Positions 1 through 14,547 of a stretch of 64,000 bases of DNA are shown piece after piece. The stretch comes from Chrysomallon squamiferum (taxonomy: Eukaryota; Animalia; Mollusca). Within the stretch, counting starts at the first letter, position 1. Each line of letters opens with the position of its first letter. The stretch is from contig CM022665.1 of the NCBI GenBank assembly GCA_012295275.1, positions 13,640,001-13,704,000 of the forward strand. Reading direction: 5' to 3'. Both the position numbers and the translations under genes were made by a program. Below the pieces are notes generated by a model. That model was not told where the DNA came from. It made no database searches and saw only the letters and a list, made by a program, of their open reading frames with translations.

Positions 1-1194
1 TGCTTTGGTTCACAATGTTTAGTAAATTTAACTGGCAAGAATGTTTTTAAATTCCCTTTAGCGATTTGATTAAAATTTGATTAAATGTTTTTTTTTTTTT
101 TGTTTCATAGATTTAGTGAAATTAATTTTCAGATGAAAGGATTGCAAATGCAAGTTGTCCTCAAACATAATCAAGTCTTAATCAGGAAATTTTATATATA
201 TTATATATATATGTTATTTGCCTTAGATTACTCAGTTTATAATGTTTTTTCTTTTTATTAACCATATCCTTGAAGTCTTCAGTAATAAACAGAATGATAC
301 ATAAATGAAAATTAGCCAACAAAAACATGATAGACTTACTGTTAGGGTAGCTTTGCATAGATCCTGTAAAATTGCCTAAGAAAGTTTTAAAATAAAATTC
401 TCAATTGAGAAATTTTTATTATTATTTTTAATAATATTCATTCTTCCATGAAATATCATAAAGTACCTTCACAAATATTACAGCCCTTCAGTCATCAATC
501 CTGAAGATGCTTTTCATGTTACAGTATTGTTAGCTGTGTTTGATGTACTACCATTTAGAGTTAGTTAAGTTTGAAGAGGTGGAGGCCAATCTCTCAGATG
601 AAATATGTTGTTCCTCTGACAATTGAAACCATCTTCCAGTGAAAGCTGAGTGGTGGTTTTATTTGATTAGCATCAAAACGAATGGCAAATTGACTGCAAC
701 AAGCAGCACTTAATCTGCAAAGGAAGGGATGTAAACCTCTGTGGAGACTAGACATCTCCATGGTGTTGTCTTGACCACCTAGCAGCTGTCTGGTTACCGA
801 AGTACTGCAAGAGATCATTTTATTGCAGTTCTGTGTTTTAATGTCTTTATTTTAATACCCACACTACCTCAGGCTGTCTCTTCCTTGCTCTAGACAATGA
901 CACACTAAAGTCTGTGAGTCATTCCTTGGGCATCATATAAAACACATTCATTGAAAATAGTTCACTTCCTATAGCAGCCTTATCTTTATTTGAAAATAGT
1001 TCTGTTTTGCAGTTGGTTCCATCAGTGTGTGATGCTACAGTTAATTATGGAGGAAACTATTTATTTGCTAATAACAATAAAGATTCTCCAATTTTCTTCA
1101 CTGAAATTCCATTTAAAGGCTTTTTTCACTTTTTCTGTTTTTATCCTCATTATAAGATGAAATCATTTTAATATAGTTAAGAATGAAACAATGC

Positions 1195-1197
<3 letters not shown>

Positions 1198-1264
<67 letters not shown>
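1198..1264. repeat. (CT)n microsatellite
   Basis: Direct reading. Confidence 0.95.
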
Positions 1265-1267
<3 letters not shown>

Positions 1268-4200
1268 CTTTCTCTCTTGCCCTACCCCTCCCCTTGCCTG
1301 TCTGCCTGAAGTAAATTAACCGAATTAACATGTTCAAAGACTGAAACACATGGATACAAGTGAAATGTTAACAGCCTGATGTATTTATATTTCACAACAA
1401 ACAAGTTAGAGCATTCTTTTGATGTCTTTCTGCAAATTTTTCTAGAAAACCACACCTTAGTTTGCAATTCTAATAGTTTATAATCTGATCATGCACAAAT
1501 AAACTGAAGCAGGCCACCCTTCTAACTTCCATGCTGCTGTTTGATATCACTTTCTGTTTTTCAATTTCAGCCAAACAGAATATTTAAAGACTAAACTGGA
1601 AATGTCTAGATTTCTTTCTTCCCTCCCTATCCCATATACTTTAGACAGACATTAGATGTTAGTATGCTAGTTTATGATATCCAAGAAAGGTGTTGTGATT
1701 TCTGATAAGAGAATAAATTGGTGTTTTATTGAAGCAATTTGTGTTAATTGACTGGCAAGCACTGTGCTGGCCCCTCCTGGTTTATCTGATGTAAATAAAC
1801 TGGAGATAATTATTGATGCCCTCTGAGAGACAGGAGGTTGTGCTTCTCCCATGAACTGATGCATTGTGTGTAATCCTGCACAGGTAATAGGCACCTGGTT
1901 TCATTTCCACTTGGTGAACTGCCTTTGATGTCCAGTTTTGCTTCACATTTGTTACTCCTTTAATGTTTTTCTTTCTTGCTGCTTCTTCATTTCATCCACT
2001 GGTGCTTTAATCATAAAGATGCCTCAGAACTAAAATACCAATCAGTTGATAGTGTCAAGTACTCACCGAACTACTCTGCCTCTGAATTAACTACTCTTAA
2101 ATTGGTTAATCTGTACCTTTGATTTGTCTATAAATCTCATTTCTAAATAAAGTAGTCTCAGTCTAAAATAGTATTTATATATCATGTTAAAAAAACAACA
2201 AAGTAAACTGTTATGAGCTGCATGTTAAACCAGACTATATAGTGGTAGTGTTAAAAGTATTAGTTTTATAATCTTTTAACACTTTAATGCATTCAGAAAT
2301 TTTCTTAAAATTTTATTTATATTGATTCTGTTTTATGTGATGTAGAAATGACAAGTAAGTAGCATCAGAGGAATTTTGAAGATTCATAAAAAAAAAACAA
2401 TCAAAATAAACCATTACCACTGCATTATATACATCAATAAAAAAAAAAAAAAAAAAAAAATTATATTAAACCTTAGCTTTTTTTTCTTCCTTTGTCTTTT
2501 TCAAGCCAGTTAATTTAATAGCTGGTGAAACAAAAACAAAAAAGGTCTTATGATTTATATTACTTACCAGCAACCACAGCATGTTAACTTTTATTTCATA
2601 TGAATATCTGAACTTGTATTCTGCCTCATTTATCTTTGTATACTAATTTGCATTTGTTTCACTGAAAACACTAATTGTAGTCCCTGATGGACCATCATGA
2701 AAGTTTTATGAAAATAACTTACACACATTATTTATTAGTGGAGCATAGCTACATGCTGTATAATGTCACTGTGTGCATGTAACAAGAGTAATAAGTTAAT
2801 GGTGCAGAAAAATGATTAAATGTAATCAGCAAGCTGCCAGGGAAGAGATCTCCCTAGCGTCTGAATTCTTCTTAAATGAAGCAGGCAAATGCATTTATAT
2901 GAATCAGGATTGTATGCCTGTCTTGAGTTTTGTCCCATTGCATGCAAGTTTCAAACATATTGATTTGGAATCCGATTTCTCACAAACTATAACCTAGCAG
3001 GACCTAGGGAAGCAATTGAGAATTTGACAAAGTGATTTGTAGGGTTATGGGTTTACACTTGGACAGTTAATTCCGAGGTAGTGGTAAATAGTCAAATCAT
3101 GCAAAGGGAAATTGATCTTGAAAGAATCTTCCAAAGATCCTCCTAGCATCAGATGCATGTCAGAATATTTAGATTGAAGCAAGTCTTTATAACCATCAAA
3201 GATGATTTTCATTCTGATCTTGACTGTAAGTTGAATACTACTTGACTAAATTCTTAGTTTTTGAAACAATAAATACCTCCCTCTGAATGAATAATTTTTC
3301 TTCTCTATACATTAACTACTTGAGGTGGGGTGAATACAGCACTAACTGATATAATTGTTGTAGGTATTAATTTTCAATGAAGTTTTATTGATTTTTACCA
3401 AGCTTAATGTGTCATAATAATTCATGTACTGCAGAGCTTATTACATAATTTAAAAATTACTTTTAATTTAACTCTTTTGCATTGATTAATAATTTAACAT
3501 TTTCCCAGAAGGTTGGGTTAATAAATTTAAAGGTTAATAATTTTCATTTATGTTTTTAATTTAAAAAAATAAAAAAATAAAAAAAACCATATACCTTTTT
3601 TTTGTTAAAGGAAATGAAATGTCTATAATTAGAATTATCTACTATTTTAAAGTTGGCAGAAATAGATTAACATTGAACGTTTTGTATTTCAAAAATGGGT
3701 TTGACATGAAGTAATGTGGTAAACATATAGGACTTCAAAGAAAACGGTCTTGGTTGAAAGATTGTTCAAAATAATATGAGCAAGTGAACCATTATACAAA
3801 CAAGTAGAAGTTAATCAAGATCAGTCCTGTAATATGATGTTTTGTTTGTTTGTTGTATGAGATCCTGTGTCTGGATTAGGAGGCAAAACAAGTCAAATCA
3901 AAACTGACAAGTATAACATGTTGACTTTATTTGTTGTTTGCCAAGACATTGTGTAATGAACCATGTTAGAGTTTGAACTGATATGCTTTCAAAAGTTCAA
4001 ACTTAAGGTCTTGATTATTTTTTCTTATGCTGACTTTGCCTCTACAGTTCATTAAATCTTATTTATACCTTTAAACTTCTATAATCAGTAGTTTTATCTG
4101 GATCAGTGGTACATTTGTATAGTATTTTATAGTATATGTAATAATATTTCCTTTTTATTTTTGTATTTGTGTGTGTGTTTGTGTGTTCACATGTGCATAT

Positions 4201-4621
4201 GTTCATATATGTATAGTGCATATTGGTTTATGTTGGTGCATGTGTCAGTTAGAAAAGAGAAACTCTCATATAATTGGACAGAGAAAGTGAACGAAGAAAC
4301 AAAGTGAAAATGACAGATGCGGATGATAGAAGTAGATATTTGAATTTAAAAAACGCATTTAGGTGTGTGTGTGTGTGTTTGTTTGTTTTGTTTGTTTGTT
4401 TGTTTGTTATTAGAAGATACATAACTGCAGATCTCAAGTTCAAGTATTAATTTTTGATTTTTTTTTTTTTAAAAAGGGCGATAGATAAAATTAATGAAAT
4501 TACCAACCTGTTAGTATTTACCTAAGGTTGTTACTTACTTTGCTTTTATGATTTTGAAAGTACCATGAAGGTGTATTTCTGAGCCAAACTGCATTTGTAT
4601 TGGGTTATTAATGTTTTCCAG

Positions 4622-4769
4622 CTCCTAACACACCACACTTAGTGGAAGACAAGTTCACAGCACACAAGCTGGTATTGAAGAATTCACCTGCTCGACTAGA
4701 TTGCTTTTTCATTGGTGCTTCTAGAATAGACTGGTTCTCAAACCATGAGAAGCTATCCAATACATCAAG
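4622..4769 (+). CDS. PTK7: PTK7/off-track exon, first half of Ig domain (about Ig3); upstream exons are outside the window
   Basis: ttttccag acceptor and AG|gtaagt donor; translates PNTPHLVEDKFTAHKLVLKNSPARLDCFFIGASRIDWFSNHEKLSNTS (Ig B-strand Cys, C-strand Trp); phase matches the next exon. Confidence 0.85.
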
Positions 4770-5707
4770 GTAAGTACACTGTCATAAGATTATTGGAACC
4801 TTTTAAAATCCCCTACAAACAAAACATAGCCACTGGATGATCCATTAATATTAAATTATAATACCTTTTATTCTTCTTGAATTAAAATGTGCTTTTATTA
4901 TCGAAAATTATTTTAGGTTGAAGATTAAAAAATGTGAATTTACAAATTACACTGATTGCCTGTTAAAGTATTAATTCTTAATTTTTTTATATTTTATTTT
5001 AATTTTATTATTATTATTATTATTTCTTTTATTTTTTTTTTTTTTTTAGTTCATAACTCAAAATTAAAATTTAGTACTGTATTAATAATCTGTTGGCCAC
5101 AAGAAAACTCTTCCTTGGCCGAACTAATCTCAATTAATATTCATTATCTCCCTCCCTCCCCTCATTTTTATTACTTCAACAGATAGAAACCCCATTAAAA
5201 TGAATTTATATTTCCTTGATTAGGTGGCATGTTAAGAGTTATAGGGGATTTTAATTTGTGTCATAATGTCTGTTTGCACCTGTTATTTTATCAGCTAAAG
5301 AAGAAAAAGGTGTTTTTATTGTCAGTGTGGCATTTATTCATTGTTAAAAGCTAATAAAGGTATCAGTGTTAACTGAATGATTAGAAGAAATGTATCATTT
5401 TAATCTGTAAAATAATTCATCAGCGATAATATAAAATTATTATATGTATTTTTTTCTACTGCTTTTTTAAAATTATTATTACTGGTTGTTCTGGTTTTTA
5501 TCCCTGTTACTGCTATTGTTTTGTATTTTCATTACAGTTAAATAAATTAGTAAGTTGTCATTTTAATACTAGATAGGTATATTAAAAGAAGAAAGTTGAT
5601 CAATATAACCATTTAGACTGGAGTATCTGGGTTTTTTTTTATCATCTGTGACCTCAAAAGTACAGATGTTTAAAACAACTAATGATGTAATGTCATTTTG
5701 TTAACAG

Positions 5708-5838
5708 GCACATTATCTTTGCCAATGGTTCTCTCTATTTCCCACGGGTGAGATCTGCTGATGAAGGAAGTTACAGGTGCGAAGGTCTCAGTGAGAACAG
5801 CCCTGCCCAGACTTTCACCTCTGAGCTTGAATTAGTCA
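5708..5838 (+). CDS. PTK7: PTK7 exon, second half of Ig domain
   Basis: HIIFANGSLYFPRVRSADEGSYRCEGLSENSPAQTFTSELELV with DxGxYxC motif; ttaacag/gtaagt sites. Confidence 0.9.
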
Positions 5839-7767
5839 GTAAGTATACAAAACTAGTTTAATGATACCAGCGGAGAAATAAACCCATTTGATAATTCTGA
5901 TTTACAATATTCAGAGAAAATAAGACTCATTCCTCCAATTGTCAACAGGAAATCTTTTTATATCTACAGGGTGGACAGGAAATAACTTTAAGGTCCACAG
6001 ATGGAGTTTGATTCTAGAATGACCTACATATAACAAACACATAATGTCTTGTTAACAAATGAAATTATTTTAATCAGAAGATAAATATTACTGCTGTCAC
6101 TTTATTAATGTAGAATACAAATTATAATAAATTGTATCTCAAATTTTTAATACTTAGAAAGTAAATGCTGGCATACAAATTTATTATTATGATATTATAA
6201 TTTAACCTTTACTGTTGAATTTATTGATAAATCACCTGAAATCATTTTACATATTTTAGAGGTATAAATACATCTATCTTGAATACACAGTCTAAGAATC
6301 TATTATATGCCCATGAGTGTTCATATTAGGATAGGTGAATATTACTTAAACAAATATTGTGTCTTCCCAGTTAGCTCCAATTTAATCAAATCTATACAAG
6401 TCTAGGGACAGTAGCTTATGATATGATTTACATTGATAGAGTAATAGTTCTAAATGCACATACATTCAACATTTGTAAAACACTAACAATGAAGAAAATC
6501 TGTGAAATAGGAAGAATTGTGATAGATTATTCTAGTAACCTCAAAAAGGCATTTAAAAAAAAAGAAGAAAAATGAAAAAAAAGATAGAATTAAAACAAAA
6601 TAATTCTTTGATTTAATGATCCAATGTATGATGTCAAGTCTTGTCTGAACCAGACAACCAGACAGTACAGTATCATCTTACAATCAGATTATTATAGATG
6701 TAATTTAATATTTTTTATCTTGTGTCAAGGTAAAACAAACAACAAAAAAGATGCGCCTCATAATTTTCTTTCTTTTTCTAATGTGTAATTTAGTAATATA
6801 TTGATAGAATAAAGTGTTTATAAAAATTGTTCCTATCAATTTTCTGATCACCTTCTGTTACTCGGTGTGTCTTGTCAAATCTGTATTACTGGGACTCATG
6901 GTGTAAATCTAGCTGATTTAGACAACCTTTGATTACACTGTCACACCAAATCTCCCAAGCAAGAATACATTCTTTAGCATAATGGTTAAAATGATTAGTG
7001 TTGATCTCTGATTTCTATTTATTTGTTATGTTGGATTTATTTATTTTGTAAGTGGGATTTGGCTTGAATCTCTGAGTGGGACAGGCCAGGAGAAACCAAT
7101 ACTCAATTGGCGACTGTGTGTCAACCATTTAATCTTAACATACCACAGATTGAAATAGGATATCTATGAATGTTAAGTATTTCTGATGCCAGGTCTTTCT
7201 TTTCTTTATCAAAACATGGCAAGTTACACAATTGATAATTTTCAAAAATATTCTATTCATTAAAATGGGTAAGCTGAAAATAACACAGATCAGCTCACAT
7301 ATGAATTATTATTTGGAAAAGTTAAAATTAGTTCTAGATCAATATTACAGTCATGGATAAATTTTCAGAAATTTGGTTAGGTGACATTACTGAATGGAAT
7401 AGTTTTTTCCTTCTTATCTCTTAATCAGTTAATGGCAATGATTTTATCTGAAAAGTATTTTCACTATATCTGATTTCATCTATCACAGATAGGTTTGTAT
7501 TCAGTTACTTCAGTCTTTTCACATTAAATATTTTGAACAACACACACTTATCTATGAATGTATTATTAAATATACGTAATAAGATTAGTTTTTGAAAACC
7601 TTTTCATTCCTTGCAAGGGGTATTACAAAGCATTTTCTTCTAAAAATCAGAAAAAGAGCAATCGGACTATTGTTTATGTATGACTCAAAAATAAATGTAT
7701 AATTACATATAATTCTTTCGTTCTGTAAATTCGTCACTCTCTCTCTTTCTCTGTCAAACACATGTGT

Positions 7768-7800
<33 letters not shown>

Positions 7801-10800
7801 CGCACAATTACCTGTGGTCTTCTATTCAGAAGTAAGAGTATAAATCTTAGGCATAATCGGTCATAGTATCAATCATGATTAGTTTATTAAAATAACATAA
7901 ATATGCTTTTCTGTTTATGGGAAGATATGTATTAAAAGGGTTTTTGTTTGGTAGGAGCAGAGTGGTGTGGGGATGCTGGGCCTTGTTTCTTGTCTTAATT
8001 TCACAAGGAACCAAAATTATATTCAGCATCCAAAATGGTGTTACTAAAAGCATAATTTAACCATGTTAAATTCTTCTCTTTTTTTCATCTGTTATGAATC
8101 ATATTTAAAAGAAAAAAGATTGTCCTACAGTGAAGAAATACCACTAGTGATATTTATAATAGTGTAATTTTGAAAACTATTCCCAAGAAAACATCACTAA
8201 ATAACAATGAGATAACACAGTGACCTGGCATGACATGCTAACTATTAAGATGAGGTCAGTGCAATTTGGTTGGATGTAAATCAATCTCTGGCAGATAACA
8301 ACAAACTTTAATCTTGTCCCTTGTGTACCAAGACCATCAGAATTAAATTAGTACTTGTTCACATACACATCCTATCTTTGATTTTGCTAATATAATACAG
8401 CATGAAAACTACTTTTCCCCATATATTTTTCCCTCTATTGTCACTCTATACCAAGTACCTAAAACAAATATAATAGCTATAAATACAATAAGAATCTTTA
8501 TATATTAAAATGTGGTAGTGAGACAGTGTTTTTGAACAACTCTAAGTAAAGGCTTCATCTAAAATAGTGAAAAATAATTGGCATCGTTGTTGATGAACTA
8601 AATTTAAATACTTATATAATAAATACTGATCCCTTTGTAATTTGAGTGTAGAGTTGTGAAATTTAACATTAGATTGTAATGATTTTAGAGGCTTGTACTC
8701 TTTGCAAAATAACTGAATAATGCAGATACAATATTAAGGTTTGTTTGTTTAATCATTTGAAAATGTTTATGATTCTGATACAAAGGTGTTAAAATCAAAG
8801 GAAGTATTGGCACAATAAATAATTGAAATAATTGGATGGGGCATATATATATATATATATATTGGGATACTTGTTGTTCATCAATTACAATACAGTGTGT
8901 TTTGCTGGAATATCATTAAAATCCTATAAATGTTCTTCTAACATTACCGTGTTTATCCACACTTGTTTCACAGAGAAAAAAAAAATGTGCCAGATATGTA
9001 TAAAAACATGAAGGCTAAAAAACCTAGGGTGTCTTCATTTTCACAAACTAAATAGGTTGTCAGAAAAAACGTGAAGATAGGAAACTCTCAACTTGCAAAC
9101 TGTTTCATGTTTTGAGCCAGACAACCATAAATATCTAGGTTAATTGGAACACCTTTTTTTTCTTCTTTTCTTTTTCTTTTTTTCAAATTCTTAAACTGGG
9201 CAAGTGGATATCTTTTATACCCCGTCAGTTACATTAGAGGTTTCACACTGACAGTGCCTGAAAAACATGTAACTAGAGATTTTATTTTTTTACCTTTATT
9301 TATTCTTTTTTCTTTTTTCTTTGTTACTTTTTTTATTTTTTTTATTATTTTTTTTTTTTTAATAAATAATTGATTTTATTTTACTTACTATTATAAATTA
9401 GTATAAATAGAGCAATTAAATAACATTATTTAAAAATAGAAGTTGGCCTATTGATACTGTAATAATCCAGCTCTGAAAAAAGGAAGTTAGATAACATTTT
9501 GCTTAAAATAAATTTATTTAGCAGTGTTTTGTATCTTATGCTGTTAAATTAGACTGCAGTAGTACTTTACAAAGCAAGATCAGGGTTGGAGTAGCAGCAG
9601 TTCTAGATTGTACTGAAATGAGTTGTTCCAGATGGACAATTAGTGGAATTTTTATCTTTAAATGGAGCTAAATAATGGTATCCTTGTCATTAAAGAAATG
9701 ATTACATGAAAGAAGTGGATATTACTAATGTGATATATATTTTTTTGTACCTACTATGATTGTGTTATTTTTATGGCTTTCACATTTGAAAAAAACAACA
9801 ACAGTTGTACTGAAATTTTGCAGATTGCAACTTTGATCATCATTTTAGAAAAAATAACAGAAAAATGTACAGAAAAGTAATATACTTAATTTTATTTATA
9901 AGAATTTTTAAGTGTACTTGTTCAATTTCTTTTGAATTGCCCATTTAAATTAAAAAATTATAAAACAAACTTAACCTTTCATTATGCAACTTTTATTATT
10001 TGTTTTCACTGAAAATAACAACAGACTAAGGGACTGACAGAATCAGATGGAATATTCATTGGGGATTGAATAATCGCATTCCTTAACTAAAAATCTTTCC
10101 CTTGTTCAAAAACTCATTATAGTTAGTTAATTAAGCTATCTGCTCTGGCAATCTAATTTGCTTGCAGAAAGACAGGTTGGTGTTGTCTTTCTAAGCTGAA
10201 GATGAATATCATTAGCACCTCTGTTTTGTTTTCTGCTTGCTGCTGCTGCTGCTGCTACTGCAATGTCTGGTTATGTAGCTTGTTGATGTACAGCTTCCGG
10301 ATAACTGATCGACAGTGTCTGATTTCACAAGTTTAGCTTTGCTCTCTGACAGGTAGGGATGTTCAAAGCTTGTTCCAGCTCTCGGTGATAAATCTGTGTC
10401 AGATATATCGCAGGAAAACATGGGGTTTTTTCAGTGATTTTTTTTTTTTTTCTGCCTCCGTTGGCGATCAATTTGAATTTTTTACTTTTAATGAAGAAAA
10501 AAACTTTACAGACTATTTTTAGTTTATAATTTTCATTATTTTTTTTCTCTCAGTTTCTTACACATGGCTGCACGATAAAATTCATTAATGTAATAATAAA
10601 AATGTTTAAAAAGAAAAATGATCAGATGTTATTAATTTGCTGCAAAACAATAAGTAACAGATACCAAATATTTAATTTCAACATTACAAACAATTGTGTA
10701 TTGCCTAGCATTTTCAGGTGTTACTTAATAACAGGAAACATGTAATACCTCATATTTATTTTATTTCCCTGAAACCACCATATGTTTCTGCAAATGGTAA

Positions 10801-13800
10801 CAACCTACAGCATATCCTGTGGATATAGTGACACCATGAAAATGCAACTAATGTCTAGGTTAATTTGTTTTTATTAACTTTTTTAAGTCTGCAAATTTAA
10901 ATTGAAAAAAAAAAAAAAAATTCTTGTCTCCATATCTTAATGGTTGAAAGCTGGAAAAACAAACTAATTGAAACTAACTAAAAGAACCAAAAATTGGAAT
11001 AAAATTACTATAAATAATGTACTAAAAATATACATGCTCAACTTACTGAAAAAATGTGTATAACCTGCTAATTTGTTACCATTTCTTTTGGAATTTTAGA
11101 TCCTAATGATCCTTAATGAAAAAAATTACTTTAATGTCAGTAAATATCATAGAATTTGCCCTTGCCAGATAGCAGTAGATATTTTTATGAGACAAAATAA
11201 ATAAAAATAAAATAAAACTTTCTGTTGTATCTATAAAATATTCAAGCACAGCATTAGAAAATACCCAAAACTTTATTTTTCCCCTTGTCATGGTATACAT
11301 ATTTGTTACATTTGTGTGTTTGTGTGTTTGTTTTTTCTGTTTTTCTTTTTTCAGTCATTCCACACATCTCATTGTTGTGCAGATGTATTATCAGATAAAA
11401 ATGAAATCAAATCTAATCTTTTCTAATTCTACATTTCATATCCTTTGCTTTATTTTCACATGAAAAAAAAAAAAAAGAACTCCTGCCCTCTTCTCTCCAT
11501 CAGCTATTCATGTTTTACGACAGGAAAATAATGGGTAAGAAGCAACAAGCTCACAGTAAAACACATGTTTGTAGCTGTAAGATACATCACATCTGGCAGA
11601 ATCCTTCATCACTAACATTACAAGTCTTTGCCATGTAAACATTATTGTACACAAGCATTTATTATCTGCTGTTTGCTTTGACTATTAAGTCAACTTCATG
11701 GTGTGGACATTTAATGTTCCTGCTTTAATTTCTTTTTCATGCTTTCCAAGGTAATGCCAGCTCTATATGTGCCATGTGTGAATTATTGTCAAAAGCTAGT
11801 ATTTTGTTCATCATTTACTGGCTTGGTTTCAATAAATGCCAGTGAGAATTCCTTTAGTTGCATAACATTTTTTTTTTTTTTTTTTTAAATGTTGTTTCTT
11901 GTATTTAATTTAATCTGTTAATTTATTAATTAATTAATTTATTTATCTATTTTTTAATAATCTTGTTTCTTTCATTCATTTAATTTATTAATTTATGTAA
12001 CTTTTTTTTTCAGTAATTTTTTTTCATTATTTTTTTTTTTTTTTTATTTTTATTTTTTTTTTTGTAGAAGGAAAATTAAAGTTAGATTGTGAACTAAGAC
12101 TGGTTTAAATGAAAATAACAAACATAAGATAATATAGTGATTATTTCTTTGAAGTAAAATTACTTTTTTATACAGTAATAGCATATGTCTTTTAAGATTT
12201 TATTTTATATTTTATTATTACTTCCTAATCTTTTTTTTTTTTTTTTTTTTTTTTAGTGCTCTCTCACGCACGCACGCACACACACATTAACCTGATATGT
12301 ATGTAGAGCAGTGCTTTGTTGTAAATATGAAAGGTTTGAAAGAAATAGTTGGCTAGGTCTATTCTCTAGCATTTACAGGAATATGTACATATATCTGTTC
12401 TAGTATTGGAATGTCAGAACTAATACTAACAGGCTGCTACTGTTATGAAATCAGTTACAGACATCTTTAATGTATAAACTCTTCTACATCTGTTTCAAAT
12501 ATAACACTGGATTTAAACATCATTTCAGTTTGTTTTGTTGCATAAATCCTCAGTGTTTCAGAATGAATTGAAAGTTGTGGAACATTCCACAGTTTTTTTC
12601 ATTTGGCCTCTGTGATGTGATATAAATGTTAGATTTGGTTTGTAATGGTTATAGTTATAAGCATATGGGGAAATAAAGTACAAAAGCATACAGGATATAT
12701 ATATATATATATATAATTAATTTTTTTTTAACTTTGATGTTACGCTTCAGTTTATCAGGTTGCTGAATTTAAAATGTTTGTATCTTTTGGTGGATATTCT
12801 CGATTTTGTTATTCATTATGTGTTTGATTGAACAGTTTCTTACTTTGTTTTTATTATTATTTTTTTATTATTTTTGTTTTATTTACTTTTTTTATTTTTT
12901 TTTATTTTTATTTTTTTTTTTTATTTTATTTTGTTGTTACAGTCAGTGAACAGAATTTTCTTTAATTTTTTTATTTTATTTTTTATTTTGCATATGAAAA
13001 AATCTAGCAAAGAGTTCTATGCATTATTTAAATTTATTTGTAAATCCATTTATCACTTCTGACAGAAGATATTTTTTTTATAAATTCATTTGTCAATCTT
13101 GGCACATCATTCTCTTCACTTGAGTGCATTTCTTGTTTTTTTTCATTCCATGGAAAGTAAAGAATTATCCAAGATCATTCCAGTTTGATTACGTGTCATC
13201 TTGCCAATTCATTACTTGTTTACATGATGGACAACTCTGGTTTTTACTTTCCACAAAACATTTACAGATCAATGGATCTCTAATGCCTGCATCACATGCT
13301 AGCGTTAGTAATACAAATTACAGATGGTTGTCGAAGCATGGGTTTAATTGGAAAGCTATCCGTCAAAACAAATGAAATTTTCATTTTCTGACTTACTTGA
13401 CCCAAAATGTTGGTGCTATCACTGGTTGATATTGATTCTCTTGATTGCTGCTTAGGCCTGATAACCTTCACTGACAGTTTGGCAAGTTTTAAAAGGAACT
13501 TGACTTGATAGAAGCTTTTTAATCATATTACTTTTAATCCTGCACTGATAGTGAGTAACATAGATGTAGTGAAGATTGTCAAGTCCAGAGAAGAATTGTC
13601 TTCTTACCCAGTGGAATTTCTGTATAAAAAAAATACTATTTGTTTGTGATTTGTTGGCGCCTTGCTTCATGTTCAATGTTTCTTTCACAACATTCCGTAG
13701 CATATGAAAGGAGAATTTGTTTTATTACCAGTACTGTTAACTCATTTTACAATCTACATTTATTTCCTTAACATAAAGGCATCTGGGCATTTAATTATTT

Positions 13801-14510
13801 TTTTTTGTTTTTGTTTTTATTTATTTATTACTTCTTTTTTTTAGGTTTTTGTTGGGGTTTTTCCCATTTTTACTAGTATAGTATGGAGATAAAGGTGTTG
13901 TATTTCTCTGTGAAAGATCATAAATTAATGTGTAACAGTAATGAAAATCTAAATTCAAACCATGAAACATTTGTACTTTGTTCTAAAAAGCATCAACCTA
14001 TTCAGAGGTATTTCGGATACTACTTTTATGTAGTAAGAAATAATTTCTTGGCGAAAATATGTTCTAACAAACTTTTTGCTTATAAATTGTTAAATTACTA
14101 TATGGATCCATGTACCCTTAAACAAATGTGCTTTTCTGTTCACTGAATTTCCCTGATATTCAGGATGTATTTAAATATATTGTATGATATTCAGATGTTC
14201 TTAATATATTTTATTTCTTACTTTTTTTTCAGGAACAAAATTATAAAGTTATTGATTTATATCTGAATTACTATACCTCCTAATAAGTTATTTTTCATTT
14301 GGATTTATAAAAATTATAATTAGAACAGGCTATAGCATCTGTATGAAGACACTCTGTATGCACATATTTGATTCAGTTATTAGTCATGCAACCATAAAAG
14401 AAACAACAAATTATCCCTAATTGAATTGCAAAAACATGTTCACCAGGCTCTTGGGAATTACAAGTTTGCTGACACACTAAATTATAATACACAGTTTACT
14501 TACTTATTTA

Positions 14511-14547
<37 letters not shown>

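Noticed and set aside
5866-6025. GC-richer block with repeated ACAGGAAAT just after a PTK7 exon
   Set aside because: No termini, TSD or coding signal found; probably a repeat fragment but unsupported
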